64,000 bases of DNA from Spirochaetia bacterium (GCA_963677595.1 OY782041.1:736001-800000), one strand, 5' to 3'. Numbered from the stretch's first letter, positions 21,089 through 31,544 are shown. A program made the numbers and translations. Notes: generated by a model not told the origin, from the letters alone.

Positions 21089-23133
21089 CCTGTCTTTGGC
21101 AGCATAAAATTTTATAAAGTATTACCCTATATGAATTAAACCGCCATTTCTCAGCACACAAATATGTGGTCTAATTCTCGAATTTTTTTGTTGCGGCGAA
21201 AGTTTTTCTGATCTCAGCCTTGGTCATATACTTCCGGCTGAAATCAATGCCTGTAGCCTTCCCAATAGCTTCTAAGCAGGGATCGGTATGGTAGAACCGG
21301 TAAATGTTGTCCCCAAGGTAATAAGCCTTTGACTCTCGTAAGGCGTTTAGAATCTCGGAAGTAGTAAAGACTTCACCGATCTGTTTCTCCAGTAACCGCA
21401 GAATGGTCAAGGCCAGAAAGCTTATCAAGAAATGTGCCTTGATGTGATTGAGCGTGGATACGAAGACCGGCCTGGTTTTCAAATCCTTTTTTGAGATGCG
21501 GAAGGTCTCCTCAATCTCCCATAGCCCACGATACTTCCTGACAACCTGGCTGGCCGGCAGATCAAGCTCGGTAGTGAAAATCGCATGAAGTCCATCAAAC
21601 TGGGCATCACGAGCAAGTTTCTCCTCATCAATCGCCAGGAGTTGTTCCACATCTACCTCTTCCCCACTCTCCTTAGAGAATGAGGTGGTAGCAATATACT
21701 TGCGAACATCATTTGAGCCAATCACCCGTCCGGAAGCAATGCGCTTCTGTAGCTTCTCAATGATCTTAGCCCGCTCCTCTTTCGCTTTGGCAGCATACTT
21801 CGGGGAATAGCTGACTACGATCTTGACCGTATCAAGCTTCACGGAGGTCTTCTTCCCTTCCAATGAAGAGACGTGGATCTCGTAGGGGGTAATGATCTCC
21901 TTGAATCGCACCACCTCATCCGCATACGTATGCTTGGGATTCCATGGCCGTATCTGCTTGAAGAGCTTACCGGTCTTGGGGTCTGTTACGGTATCCACAA
22001 ATGAGTAGCCGGAGGTATCGAAGGCGAACTTCTTCAGTGCATCAGTACCCTTCTTCAGGGAATAGGCAACAATGAAGCCTTGTTTGTTGAGCAGGACCTG
22101 ACGAATATTGTCTCCACTGAACATCCCGTTATCGGCAACAACCACGACTCGCTGGTCCTTCGGACGGAAGGTGGAATTGACATCAGAAAACGAATCGAAG
22201 AAGGTTTTTGAATCGTGGGTGTTCCCTTCGAAGAGTTTGAACGAAAGGGGAAGTCCCTGTGCATCAAGGAACAGACCCAGCTGGACAATGGGAAGCGGAC
22301 GAAATTCTTTGGAAGGTCCCCGAATGCGAAAATCATCCTCGCGGTCAATCTCAAAATAGTAGTTGGTCACATCATAGTAAAACACAGATTTGTCTCTGCC
22401 GAAGACCTGCTCAATACGGGCATCGAGTGCATGCACGATCGCATCAGAATGGGTTTTAAAGAAATCAAGAGAGCGATAGACATCCTCAAGGGAGAAATCC
22501 ATCTTGTCAAAGAATTGGTGTTTCTTTTCAAAGGATGCTTTCTTGGAGCCTGGATTGATCAGTTGGGAGTAGACGAGCATTTTCAGGATCGCATTATGGT
22601 TGTATTCGGCCTTTGTGTACCGTCTGCGGTTATTGATTACATAATCGAGTTCAAGGAGATGGTAGAAGTAGCTGAAGGCAGCAGAGCCGAAATTATAGAT
22701 CTGCTTTGCATCCTCAGCGGTGAGCTTCTCATTCATGGGGATGGGGAGGCTGGTAACAACCTGTTCAAGAGCTTCCTCCTGTTCCGCGCGTTCAAGTACA
22801 GATTGAATGAATGCCTCGGGGTCATCGTGTTCGCGCTCTAGCACATCATAATAGCCGAGGCCCTTGATGACACGGGACTTGGACTTTCCTTGTTCGTCAC
22901 GATAGGACTTGGAGATGGAGATACTGGTGCGGCCGGTCTTGTAGGTGTTCCGTTTTACAAACATAGGATCCTCCTATGGTAGTAGTATAGCATATGTCTC
23001 TACATAAGTCGGCAGATATATGTTTCTTATATGAAAAAAAATGCTGTCCGGAATCTATGCCGCAGATAGCTGGGAGCAGGATAATTGGTGGGATTGAGGG
23101 GTGGCTGATAGCTGGGGACCTGTCAAAGTCCGG
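21089..23133 (-). mobile_element. IS1634-family insertion sequence #1 (2045 bp)
   Basis: Imperfect terminal IRs CCTGTCTTTGGCAG / revcomp CCGGACTTTGACAG (11/14), single transposase, 94-bp flanking DR. Confidence 0.92.
21171..22964 (-). CDS. IS1634-family DDE transposase
   Basis: YYDVTNYYFE, GPSKEFRP.P.VQLGL, VADNG, YRGLWEIEETFR..K. Confidence 0.95.
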   Translation of the reverse strand: MFVKRNTYKTGRTSISISKSYRDEQGKSKSRVIKGLGYYDVLEREHDDPEAFIQSVLERAEQEEALEQVVTSLPIPMNEKLTAEDAKQIYNFGSAAFSYFYHLLELDYVINNRRRYTKAEYNHNAILKMLVYSQLINPGSKKASFEKKHQFFDKMDFSLEDVYRSLDFFKTHSDAIVHALDARIEQVFGRDKSVFYYDVTNYYFEIDREDDFRIRGPSKEFRPLPIVQLGLFLDAQGLPLSFKLFEGNTHDSKTFFDSFSDVNSTFRPKDQRVVVVADNGMFSGDNIRQVLLNKQGFIVAYSLKKGTDALKKFAFDTSGYSFVDTVTDPKTGKLFKQIRPWNPKHTYADEVVRFKEIITPYEIHVSSLEGKKTSVKLDTVKIVVSYSPKYAAKAKEERAKIIEKLQKRIASGRVIGSNDVRKYIATTSFSKESGEEVDVEQLLAIDEEKLARDAQFDGLHAIFTTELDLPASQVVRKYRGLWEIEETFRISKKDLKTRPVFVSTLNHIKAHFLISFLALTILRLLEKQIGEVFTTSEILNALRESKAYYLGDNIYRFYHTDPCLEAIGKATGIDFSRKYMTKAEIRKTFAATKKFEN

Positions 23134-23227
23134 AAGCGGGAGTATCCTCATACCCGAATGGTAGTATTTCACAAACAATTATGCAACATCTAAATTTCAC
23201 CTTGCATTAACCCTCCTCATAATGTAT
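23134..23227 (+). repeat. 94-bp direct repeat, right copy
   Basis: Identical to 20995-21088. Confidence 0.95.
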
Positions 23228-23260
23228 GTTTATACAGTAATTTAAGTATAAATATACACT
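23221..23260 (+). promoter_or_regulatory. Tandem ARG-box-like operators upstream of argR
   Basis: aaTGTATgtttATACAgt (23221-23238) and taAGTATaaatATACAct (23243-23260) resemble TGnAT-N4-ATnCA. Confidence 0.6.
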
Positions 23261-23284
23261 ACTTCAAACATATAAGAGGATATT

Positions 23285-23755
23285 ATGCGGGAACGGCAGA
23301 ACCGATTAACCAAGATCAAGGAACTGATAAAGCTTCATCGAATAGACAGCCAGGACATGCTTCTGGAACTGCTTGTCAAGGAGGGCTACAGCGTCACCCA
23401 GGCGACCCTGTCCAGGGACCTGAAGATGCTGAAGGTAGGGAAGATCTCTGACGGATGGTCAGGATACTACTATGCGCTCCCGGACAATGACCTGATCAGT
23501 GAATCGGAGAAGAGCTATATCCAGGATGTACGGCGCGGGGTGCTCTCGATCGAGTTCAGCAATAATATCGGGGTCATCAAGACCCGGCAGGGCCATGCCG
23601 ACAGCGTCGCGCTCGCCCTGGACATCCTCTCCATCCCGGAGATTCTCGGCACCGTTGCCGGGGATGACACGATCTTCATCATCCTCCGCGAAGGGATGAC
23701 CAAGGAAGACCTCTTGGAGAGCTTCAAGGTCAGGATCCCCGAGATCGATGCATAA
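23285..23755 (+). CDS. argR: Arginine repressor
   Basis: VTQATLSRDL and LGTVAGDDTI. Confidence 0.96.
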   Translation: MRERQNRLTKIKELIKLHRIDSQDMLLELLVKEGYSVTQATLSRDLKMLKVGKISDGWSGYYYALPDNDLISESEKSYIQDVRRGVLSIEFSNNIGVIKTRQGHADSVALALDILSIPEILGTVAGDDTIFIILREGMTKEDLLESFKVRIPEIDA

Positions 23756-23836
23756 CCTGCACAGAACACTATAGATATAATCCCGGAAACTGACTATCCT
23801 GTAGATAGGAATACCACGTTATACAAGGAGCGTATT

Positions 23837-25408
23837 ATGGCGTTACACTATACGGATCTGGACAAGACACGGTCATTCGATGAACTGTGCACGTTGAAGC
23901 CGACAGCCCTGAAAGAGGTGCTGGACGGCAGGAGGGTCTCAGCATACTCGATCCCTGCGGGGGGATCCCTCAGCTTCAACTTTGCGGCAGCTCCGGTAGC
24001 CGATGAACACATCGCACTACTTCAGCAGCTTGCCGATGAGCAGCAGGTCATAGAGAAATACCACGACCTCGCCAGCGGCGAGATCATGAACACCGGGGAG
24101 TCGAGGAAGGTCCTCCATCACCTCACCCGGGGGAAGCTGGCTGCCGACGTCATAGAGGACGAGCAGGACCTTGAACGGTTCTATGCCGCCCAGCTCAAGC
24201 GGATCGACACCTTCGCCGGGCAGGTCCATTCAGGACTCATCACCGGTTCGACAGGGAAGCCCTTCGATACTGCCGTCCAGATCGGGATAGGCGGGTCAGA
24301 CCTGGGGCCACGGGCCCTCTACCTGGCTCTTACCGGGATCATGCGCAATCAGAAGATGACCGCAGAGTTCATCTCCAATGTCGACCCTGACGATGCAGCT
24401 GCCGTCCTGCGACGTATCGATCCTGAGACGACCCTCTTCATCCTCGTATCAAAGAGCGGCACCACACAGGAGACCCTGACGAACCGTGACCTGGTCCTGC
24501 AGACGGTCCAGGCCTCCGACATCAAGGGCTTCGATGCATCGAAGCATATGGTTGCCGTGACCAGCAACTCAAGTCCGCTCGCCTCCTCCTCGGACTACCT
24601 GGAGAGTTTCTTCATCGATGACTATATCGGGGGGAGGTACTCCTCCACCAGTGCGGTTGGAGGGCTGGTACTCTCGCTCGCGTTCGGGACTGATACCTTC
24701 CGGGAACTGCTCAGCGGCGCCCATGAGGCAGACAAGCTCGCACAGCATCCCGACATCACGGAGAACGCACCGTTGATGGATGCCATGATCGGCATCTACC
24801 AGCGGAATGTCCTCGATATGAGGACGACTGCGATCCTCCCCTATTCACAAGCCCTCTCGCGATTCCCAGCACACCTCCAGCAGCTCGATATGGAGAGTAA
24901 CGGGAAGCAGGTCAACCGGGACGGGCAGCCGATCGCCTACCGGACAGGCTACACCCTCTTCGGGGAACCGGGGACCAACGGGCAGCACTCCTTCTACCAG
25001 CACCTCCACCAGGGGACCGACGTGACCCCGCTGCAGTTCATCGGGTTCAATGAATCCCAGTACCAGGAAGACATCATCATCGAGGGGAGCACCAGCCAGG
25101 AGAAGCTGAACGCGAACCTGGCTGCACAGATCATCGCCTTCGCGAAGGGCCAGGACCATGAGAACCTCAACAAGCGGTTCCCCGGGGAGCGGTATTCAAC
25201 CCTCATCCATGGGACGCAGCTGACCCCCTGGACCCTCGGGGCGCTCCTTGCCCATTTCGAGAACAAGGTCATGTTCCAGGGCTTCATCTGGAATGTGAAC
25301 TCCTTCGACCAGGAGGGTGTACAGCTCGGGAAGATCCTGACCAAGAAGGTACTCTCGGGGAACATCGAGGATGATGCCCTCGCAGCCTATGTGAAGCTGC
25401 TGTCGTAG
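23837..25408 (+). CDS. pgi: Glucose-6-phosphate isomerase
   Basis: IGIGGSDLGP, SKSGTTQET, GGRYS, QQLDMESNGK, GTNGQHSFYQ, FDQEGVQLGK. Confidence 0.97.
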   Translation: MALHYTDLDKTRSFDELCTLKPTALKEVLDGRRVSAYSIPAGGSLSFNFAAAPVADEHIALLQQLADEQQVIEKYHDLASGEIMNTGESRKVLHHLTRGKLAADVIEDEQDLERFYAAQLKRIDTFAGQVHSGLITGSTGKPFDTAVQIGIGGSDLGPRALYLALTGIMRNQKMTAEFISNVDPDDAAAVLRRIDPETTLFILVSKSGTTQETLTNRDLVLQTVQASDIKGFDASKHMVAVTSNSSPLASSSDYLESFFIDDYIGGRYSSTSAVGGLVLSLAFGTDTFRELLSGAHEADKLAQHPDITENAPLMDAMIGIYQRNVLDMRTTAILPYSQALSRFPAHLQQLDMESNGKQVNRDGQPIAYRTGYTLFGEPGTNGQHSFYQHLHQGTDVTPLQFIGFNESQYQEDIIIEGSTSQEKLNANLAAQIIAFAKGQDHENLNKRFPGERYSTLIHGTQLTPWTLGALLAHFENKVMFQGFIWNVNSFDQEGVQLGKILTKKVLSGNIEDDALAAYVKLLS

Positions 25409-25434
25409 GCACTTTAGCCGCAGGGTTAACAACA

Positions 25435-25470
25435 CGAAGAGCTGTCAGGGATTGACAGCTCTTCGTTTTT
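25435..25470 (+). terminator. Intrinsic terminator after pgi
   Basis: CGAAGAGCTGTCA-gggat-TGACAGCTCTTCG plus T-tract. Confidence 0.85.
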
Positions 25471-25493
25471 CGGGACAGATACCTGTGATCCTC

Positions 25494-26435
25494 TCAATCA
25501 AGCAGGGATGATGCGATACTGTGATCGGTGATCAGGGTCGTCAGGAGCCCGCCTCTCAGGGCTGCCTTCACCGCTTCCGCCTTAGCTTCCCCGCAGGCTA
25601 CCCCTACCCGTTCATCCACCTTTCGCAGGTCCTCGAAATCGATCCCCACGATCCGGCGGTTGGCTGACAGGTCCATGTACGCCCCGTCGCGATCATAGCT
25701 GTACCCGCAGATATGCCCCACTGCCCCATGAGTCTGCATCCCGTTAGACTCCTCGCGGGAGAGGAACCCGGCACGCACCAGCGAACTGGAGTCCGGGTCA
25801 TTCGACCCGATGCCCAGCAGGATGACGTCCAGGTCCTGGGTCCTGATGATCGTCTCCGCGATCCCCGGTTCCTGGAGCAGCATCTTCTTCATCTTCTCGC
25901 TCTTCACCATCACCGGGCACTGCAGGGGAAAATAATGGCCATGGAACCGAAGGGCCAGCTCCCGTGCCAGCTCCATCCCGTCATACTGCGGTTCCCGTGC
26001 GCCGAGCCCTCCCATCAGCTGGACCACGCTGACATCCTTGAGCTGCTGGAACGGTACCTGGTGGACCAGCTGGTAGAGGGTCGTCCCCCAGGAGATGCCG
26101 AGCTTCAGGCCGTCCCTGAGCAGGCTCGTCACGAACCCGGCAGCCTCCTTGCCGACCCGGTGGAGGAGGAACTGGTCCTGGTCCTTATCATAGGAGGGCA
26201 GCACTACCACATGACGCAGTCCGTACAGCTGCCTGATCGAGTCCCCGAGCGTCGTCGCATTCGAGGGGTCATCGACGATGTGGATCTGCACGATACCCTC
26301 TGCCTTACACTGTTTCAGGAGGTTCGATACCGTAGGCCGGGAGATACCGAACTCAGCGGCGATCTCCTGCTGCGAGCACTCGTCGATGTAATACCTTCTT
26401 GCTACGGATACCAGAAATTCCCTGCTTCTCTCCAC
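25494..26435 (-). CDS. SorC/LsrR-family sugar-binding transcriptional regulator
   Basis: ARRYY...SQQEIA...SRPTVS; GISWGTT; GAVGHICG; KAEAV.AALRGG. Confidence 0.92.
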   Translation of the reverse strand: MERSREFLVSVARRYYIDECSQQEIAAEFGISRPTVSNLLKQCKAEGIVQIHIVDDPSNATTLGDSIRQLYGLRHVVVLPSYDKDQDQFLLHRVGKEAAGFVTSLLRDGLKLGISWGTTLYQLVHQVPFQQLKDVSVVQLMGGLGAREPQYDGMELARELALRFHGHYFPLQCPVMVKSEKMKKMLLQEPGIAETIIRTQDLDVILLGIGSNDPDSSSLVRAGFLSREESNGMQTHGAVGHICGYSYDRDGAYMDLSANRRIVGIDFEDLRKVDERVGVACGEAKAEAVKAALRGGLLTTLITDHSIASSLLD

Positions 26436-26474
26436 ACCATGACCCCTTTACGAAACTGCGTCCTATCCTTGTTA

Positions 26475-27356
26475 TTATTGCTTATAACCTGCCATGTGTT
26501 CAAACACTTTTACCACGGCAGAGGCATTCTCCTCCCCGAATCCCATGTTCTCCCCGACCTTGTTGAGCTCATGGACGACATTCGAGAGCAGTACGGGTAC
26601 CCCGATGGATTCGGAGTAGTTCCTGATGAGTTCCGTGTCCTTGACCATGGTCCTCAGGTGGAACGAGACTTCGAAATCACGGTTGATGATGGAATGGCCG
26701 ACCCCATCTACGACCGGGGACCTGAAATCTGATTCAAGCCAGAGTTTGACGAGCTCTTCCTGGTCCAGCCCGGCCTTGCCTGCCATGACCATCGACTCGC
26801 AGATCGCGGCTACGATCGTTGATACCAGGTGGTTCCCGCAGAGCTTCGCTGCGTAGCCTTTGCCGTTCTCTCCCATATAGTGCCAGGTCTCCCCGATGCA
26901 CTGGATGACCGGCAGCACCTGCTCATAGACAACCTTCTTGCCCCCTACCATGATCCAGAGGCCGCCGTTCTCAGACTCACCCTTAGTCCCATGGACCGGT
27001 GCATCCAGGAATTCCGCCCCCTTCTCAGCAAAGAGTCCTGCTGCCCATGCAGCCGTCTCCGGCAGCTGGGTACTCATATCCATGTATACCTGGCCTGCGA
27101 CAGCATGCGCGACGAGCCCGCCATCGCCGAGGAGCGCACTCTCGAGGGCTTGCTTGTTCCACATCATGATGATCACGACATCGGCCCCTTCAGCAGCCCC
27201 TGCAGGAGTTGCGGCATAGTCAGCCCCTGCATCGACCAAGCGCTGAGCATTCGCTTCTGTCCTGTTGTAGCAGCATACTTCATAGCCGGCATTGAGGAGC
27301 GTCAGCCCCATCCCGGTTCCCATAATACCTGTCCCGATCACTGCGATCTTCTTCAT
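26475..27356 (-). CDS. Beta-hydroxyacid dehydrogenase (3-hydroxyisobutyrate/tartronate-semialdehyde reductase family)
   Basis: GTGIMG, DMST, LDAPVHG, AAKLCGN, KD motif. Confidence 0.88.
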   Translation of the reverse strand: MKKIAVIGTGIMGTGMGLTLLNAGYEVCCYNRTEANAQRLVDAGADYAATPAGAAEGADVVIIMMWNKQALESALLGDGGLVAHAVAGQVYMDMSTQLPETAAWAAGLFAEKGAEFLDAPVHGTKGESENGGLWIMVGGKKVVYEQVLPVIQCIGETWHYMGENGKGYAAKLCGNHLVSTIVAAICESMVMAGKAGLDQEELVKLWLESDFRSPVVDGVGHSIINRDFEVSFHLRTMVKDTELIRNYSESIGVPVLLSNVVHELNKVGENMGFGEENASAVVKVFEHMAGYKQ

Positions 27357-28912
27357 CTCTTCTCTCCTTCTTTCTGGTCATATGCTACCAGTTCCCTCGA
27401 ATCATCCTTAAGATGTTCATAGGTCATCTGGTACTGTCTTACATATTCACGATAGATCCCGGTCTTCTCCAGATCGGGTTTGACGGTCTTCGCGATCCGC
27501 ACCATCTGCGATGCAGCCTCCTTGATATCCCCATAGAACCCGGCTGCCACAGTCGCCGCGATCGCGCTGCCGAGCGAGACTGCCTGCTGCTCCTCGGGGA
27601 TGATGATCGGCTTCCCGGTCACATCCGCATGGATCTGCATCCAGAGGTCACTCTGGGTCGCGCCCCCACAGGTGATGATCTCGTCGATATGGACGCCGCC
27701 GGCTTCCATAGTATCGAGGATAATCTTGGTCCCGTAGACGACCCCCTCCATGATAGCCCTGAAGATATGGGCAGGGCCGTGCTTGAGGGTAAGCCCCCTG
27801 ATGACCCCCCTGCTGTTCGGGTCGACCCACGGGGTCCTGTTTCCCTGCCAGTGCTCGAGAACGACAAGCCCCTCCGATCCCGGGGGGATCTCGTCCGCTT
27901 TCTCATCAAGCAGCTGGTAGATCGATATACCCCGCTCCTTCGCCTCGTTCGTCATAGCCTCACTCAGGAAGTTGGTCACGAACCACTTGATGATCGACCC
28001 AGTCGAGATCTGTCCAGCCTCAACGACCTCCATGCCCGGTACGATGGCACCGGGGAAGGTCCCGAAGATCCCGGCTGCATGGAGCTCGGTCTCGGTCATG
28101 CCGATATGGAGCTGGGAGGAGCCGGTGATCAGGGCAAGCTTCCCGGGTTCCAGGGCATTGACGCCGATGACGCCCATATAGGCATCGGCCCCGCCGCCGG
28201 CGACGGGGATACCTGCCCGCAGGCCGGTCTTCCGGGCGACCTCGTCACTGATGCCCCCGATGACCTCGCCGATCTCGACGATCCGGGTAGGAAGCTTCTC
28301 GAAGATGTCTCCCAGCCCGATCTTCTCATAGAGGGAACGGGGGAACCCGCCCTCCCGGCTGTTATAGAACCAGCGGATAGACACCGTATTGATATTCGCC
28401 GTGATCTCCCCGGTCAGCCAGAATGCCATCCAGTCCGTATGTTCGAATATGGTGTGGGCCTGCTGGTAGATCTCAGGCTCGTTCCGCTTCACCCAGAGGT
28501 TCTTGCAGGGGAACCACTCCGGCGACACATGGGAGAACCCCACATACTTCAACGCAGGGTCACCGCAGTTGGCGATCTCCTCAGCCTCCCCGGCTGCCCT
28601 GATGTCCATCCACATGACGGCATCCCGCAGGGGTGCACCATCTGCATCGAGGTGGACCACTGTACAGCTCGTCCCGTCGATTCCCACCCCCTCGATCTGG
28701 TCGGGTGTGATCTCGCATCCGGAGAATGCCTTCGTGATGGATTCGAGCATGGAGGCATCCCACTGGATGACGCTCTGCTCGCCCCAGCCCGGATGCCTGT
28801 GTATGTTCGTGTTCTCGCTGATGCCGAAGCTGATGCACCGGCCTGTCTCATCGTAGATGCCGGTACGGATGCTCTCCGTGCCGGCATCGATCCCCAAAAC
28901 GTATCTTGCCAT
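27353..28912 (-). CDS. FGGY-family carbohydrate kinase (pentulose/ribulokinase-like)
   Basis: LGIDAGTES, DGTSCT, WMDIRA, WQGNRTP, CGGATQS. Confidence 0.9.
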   Translation of the reverse strand: MARYVLGIDAGTESIRTGIYDETGRCISFGISENTNIHRHPGWGEQSVIQWDASMLESITKAFSGCEITPDQIEGVGIDGTSCTVVHLDADGAPLRDAVMWMDIRAAGEAEEIANCGDPALKYVGFSHVSPEWFPCKNLWVKRNEPEIYQQAHTIFEHTDWMAFWLTGEITANINTVSIRWFYNSREGGFPRSLYEKIGLGDIFEKLPTRIVEIGEVIGGISDEVARKTGLRAGIPVAGGGADAYMGVIGVNALEPGKLALITGSSQLHIGMTETELHAAGIFGTFPGAIVPGMEVVEAGQISTGSIIKWFVTNFLSEAMTNEAKERGISIYQLLDEKADEIPPGSEGLVVLEHWQGNRTPWVDPNSRGVIRGLTLKHGPAHIFRAIMEGVVYGTKIILDTMEAGGVHIDEIITCGGATQSDLWMQIHADVTGKPIIIPEEQQAVSLGSAIAATVAAGFYGDIKEAASQMVRIAKTVKPDLEKTGIYREYVRQYQMTYEHLKDDSRELVAYDQKEGEKR

Positions 28913-28928
28913 AGTTAACAACCCCTTT

Positions 28929-29582
28929 TTAGTTGATTATGCGCTGCAGTCCCTCTATGTTCTCCTCGATATCGCCGGAGAAGATCCCGCTGCCGACGAT
29001 CGCGATCGTCGCCCCGGCATTCATGACATCTTTCAGTGTACCAGCATTCACGCCGCCGTCAACAGAGATATCGGTCTCGAGCCCATGCTGCCCGATGAAT
29101 CGAGCTAACTGTTCGATCTTCGAGAGTACCCGCCCCTGGAACTGCTGCCCCCCGATACCGGGGTTCACTGCCAAGATGTTCACGGCATCCACCATCTCAA
29201 GGAAGGGGATGATCTCCCCAGCCCCGGTCTCAGGCGTGAAGCACATGCTGACCTTCAGCCCATGGTCCCGTATGAGGCCGATCAGTTCCTGGTGCCCCTC
29301 ACAGGACTCGTACTGCAGGTTGATCATATCAGCACCGGAAGGCAGGAAGGTCTCAAGGATGGATCGCATATTGTAGACTGCCAGGTGCGCATCGAAGAAT
29401 GCCGTACTCTCCGGTCGGACATCACGGATCAGCTGGTCACCGAAGATGAGATGCCGTGTATAGTGACCGTCGCAGATATCGAAATGGAATCGCCTGATCC
29501 CGGACCGCTCGGCAGCTTTCAGGTCCCTCGCTATATGTGCATGATTCGCTGCCAGCACAGATGCACAGAGTTCTATCATCAC
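28929..29582 (-). CDS. Ribulose-phosphate 3-epimerase family protein
   Basis: HFDICDGHY, DAHL, VNPGIGGQ, VDGGVN, VGSGIF. Confidence 0.9.
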   Translation of the reverse strand: MMIELCASVLAANHAHIARDLKAAERSGIRRFHFDICDGHYTRHLIFGDQLIRDVRPESTAFFDAHLAVYNMRSILETFLPSGADMINLQYESCEGHQELIGLIRDHGLKVSMCFTPETGAGEIIPFLEMVDAVNILAVNPGIGGQQFQGRVLSKIEQLARFIGQHGLETDISVDGGVNAGTLKDVMNAGATIAIVGSGIFSGDIEENIEGLQRIIN

Positions 29583-29724
29583 ATAACTCCTTACTATTTG
29601 TATATTATACTACCACTACTTTACATATGTAAATTGATATTTTGTGTTTTTACAAAATTTAGAAAAGAGTTATGCAGGTTCTTCATGTTGAGGCTGGAGC
29701 ATTGTTCAGTACAAGGGCATTCCG

Positions 29725-30741
29725 TTACAGCACAAGACCTATCTTCTTGGCAATAATACGAGAAAGTACTTCAAAATCTTTCCTAGAATCAGCAACGGCA
29801 TTCGCGTGACTACCTATTGCTCCATCGGCAGATGTCAGTTGAAATATCGGTTTGCGATGTTCCTGCCCCATAGGGATCAGACTCCGATAATGCTTGATCG
29901 TTGCTAGACATAGTGGGTCCTCTATCTGTTTCATTGATACTGGATCTCTTTCATTCAAGACGAATCTTCTGTAGACTTCTGGGATCCTATTCACCCATTT
30001 GTCATATGCCTTGACCGGGCGTTCAAGACGAACACCATGCTGTTGGCATACATACCCAATGGGAGACATTTTTCCTTCGGGTAATCGCAATCCCTGATAT
30101 ACATCTGATTCACTGCTCCCTGCCCAATTATCCAATCGCTTACGCCATAGGTTCTTCCAATTCCGCAGGGTCGGTCCTAGATTCTTCAACCCTTGAAGGG
30201 AGAAGAGATCAGCTCCCAGGGGAATCACGACAAAGTCAGTAGCGATAAGCACAGACCTATTGATAGCTCCTAGGTTAGGTCCGATATCTACTAAAATAAG
30301 ATCAGCTTCAACCTTTCCAGCTGCCATCTGCATAATCTGCCAGAACGCAGACAGGATCCTCAAGGGGCGGTACAGATTATTGTCACGCATACTGTTTGGC
30401 CATTCTGCTGAAAGTGATTCTTCAAATGCTGACAACTGAACATCTCCGGGTACGAGATACAGATCAGTTGAGATTCTTTGCAGGACTGGCTCAATAAGGT
30501 CGCCGACAGCTGTTAATGGCTGCAGGCAGGAATAGATCGTAGATCCTTCTTCAGAACGTTCCCAGAGCGTCTCAATCTTATCCTCTGATAGAAATGCGGC
30601 TGTCAGGTTGGCCTGGGGATCAAGATCAACTACAACCACCCGTTTTCGCAAACCTGCATACATCCAAGCAAGATGATAGATCAATGAGGTCTTCCCGACC
30701 CCTCCCTTATTATTAAAGAAAGTAAGGATAGGTGAATTCAT
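29725..30741 (-). CDS. Orphan ParA/Soj-family ATPase
   Basis: FFNNKGGVGKT, DLDPQANLT, DIGPNLGAINR; lower GC than flanks. Confidence 0.9.
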   Translation of the reverse strand: MNSPILTFFNNKGGVGKTSLIYHLAWMYAGLRKRVVVVDLDPQANLTAAFLSEDKIETLWERSEEGSTIYSCLQPLTAVGDLIEPVLQRISTDLYLVPGDVQLSAFEESLSAEWPNSMRDNNLYRPLRILSAFWQIMQMAAGKVEADLILVDIGPNLGAINRSVLIATDFVVIPLGADLFSLQGLKNLGPTLRNWKNLWRKRLDNWAGSSESDVYQGLRLPEGKMSPIGYVCQQHGVRLERPVKAYDKWVNRIPEVYRRFVLNERDPVSMKQIEDPLCLATIKHYRSLIPMGQEHRKPIFQLTSADGAIGSHANAVADSRKDFEVLSRIIAKKIGLVL

Positions 30742-31544
30742 AATCTACTCCATATCTCACATAGGACTCTAGTCTGGTTAACATGAAATACCAAGGGTGG
30801 GTTCCCATTTTTTGCTAACTCTCTTTCAGCTATGGCAATCCCCCGACCGAAAGCCTGAACGAAACCGAACGTCTTCAAGACATCCCCAATGTTAGGGTTC
30901 CTGTAATCTGTTATACCAGGTTCGCCGAAATTCTCAGGTGTCACATTACCATACGGCCCCCCCGGACTGGTGATCTCGATCCTGTCATTGAACCAATACA
31001 CCCGTATCGGTGTATTGGTTCCCTCATAAGTTCTATGAAGGACAGCATTATACAGGATCTGATGTACTGCAGGTAATGGATACAACTGATTTCTTGTATG
31101 GGTTGCTGCGGACGTAATGTCCATCCCCACCCTGTTATGGGCCCTCAGTTTTTCTTCTGTTCTACGCAGGATATCAACGAGAGTTCCACCAATCATCTCC
31201 TCATCTATAACTGCATCTGTCAGTTCCGTACCATCAATCCTGAGGAATTGAATATATGCACCTGGAAGAAAATCCTGCGGACTCTTCCCCAATGCCAGTA
31301 GACCCAACACTGTAGGAGTAGTGTCCGATGGTGATACTATCATCTTACAGGATGCCAGGCGCTCTTCGTATATCCTGCCATGTGCTTCAAGAACATCACT
31401 GGCAAAAGCTGCAGGAAGATACTCATTCTCGAATATCACTCTTGATAGATCCTTGATCGTTGCAGTTGGAATGGGGTACAAGTCGAATGGACGAAACTTG
31501 TACCGTTGTTTCTCTATCAACACAGAATCTGTTAGATTTGCCAT
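30738..31544 (-). CDS. HATPase_c_4 (RecG C-terminal-like) protein, probably N-terminally truncated
   Basis: NAVLHRTY, DRIEITSPGG, YRNPNI...GFVQAFGRGI; lacks the usual N-terminal AlbA_2 domain. Confidence 0.75.
   Translation of the reverse strand: MANLTDSVLIEKQRYKFRPFDLYPIPTATIKDLSRVIFENEYLPAAFASDVLEAHGRIYEERLASCKMIVSPSDTTPTVLGLLALGKSPQDFLPGAYIQFLRIDGTELTDAVIDEEMIGGTLVDILRRTEEKLRAHNRVGMDITSAATHTRNQLYPLPAVHQILYNAVLHRTYEGTNTPIRVYWFNDRIEITSPGGPYGNVTPENFGEPGITDYRNPNIGDVLKTFGFVQAFGRGIAIAERELAKNGNPPLVFHVNQTRVLCEIWSRL

Noticed and set aside
22897-23178. 93-aa ORF starting like BirA (MFVKYYHSGMRILPL...)
   Set aside because: Chimera created by the 94-bp DR reading into the IS end; not an evolved gene.
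27413-28918. Long antisense ORFs (also 11848-12942, 39193-40371, 41079-42182, 61010-62506)
   Set aside because: Shadow ORFs expected from high GC3 codon bias opposite well-supported genes; no recognisable motifs.
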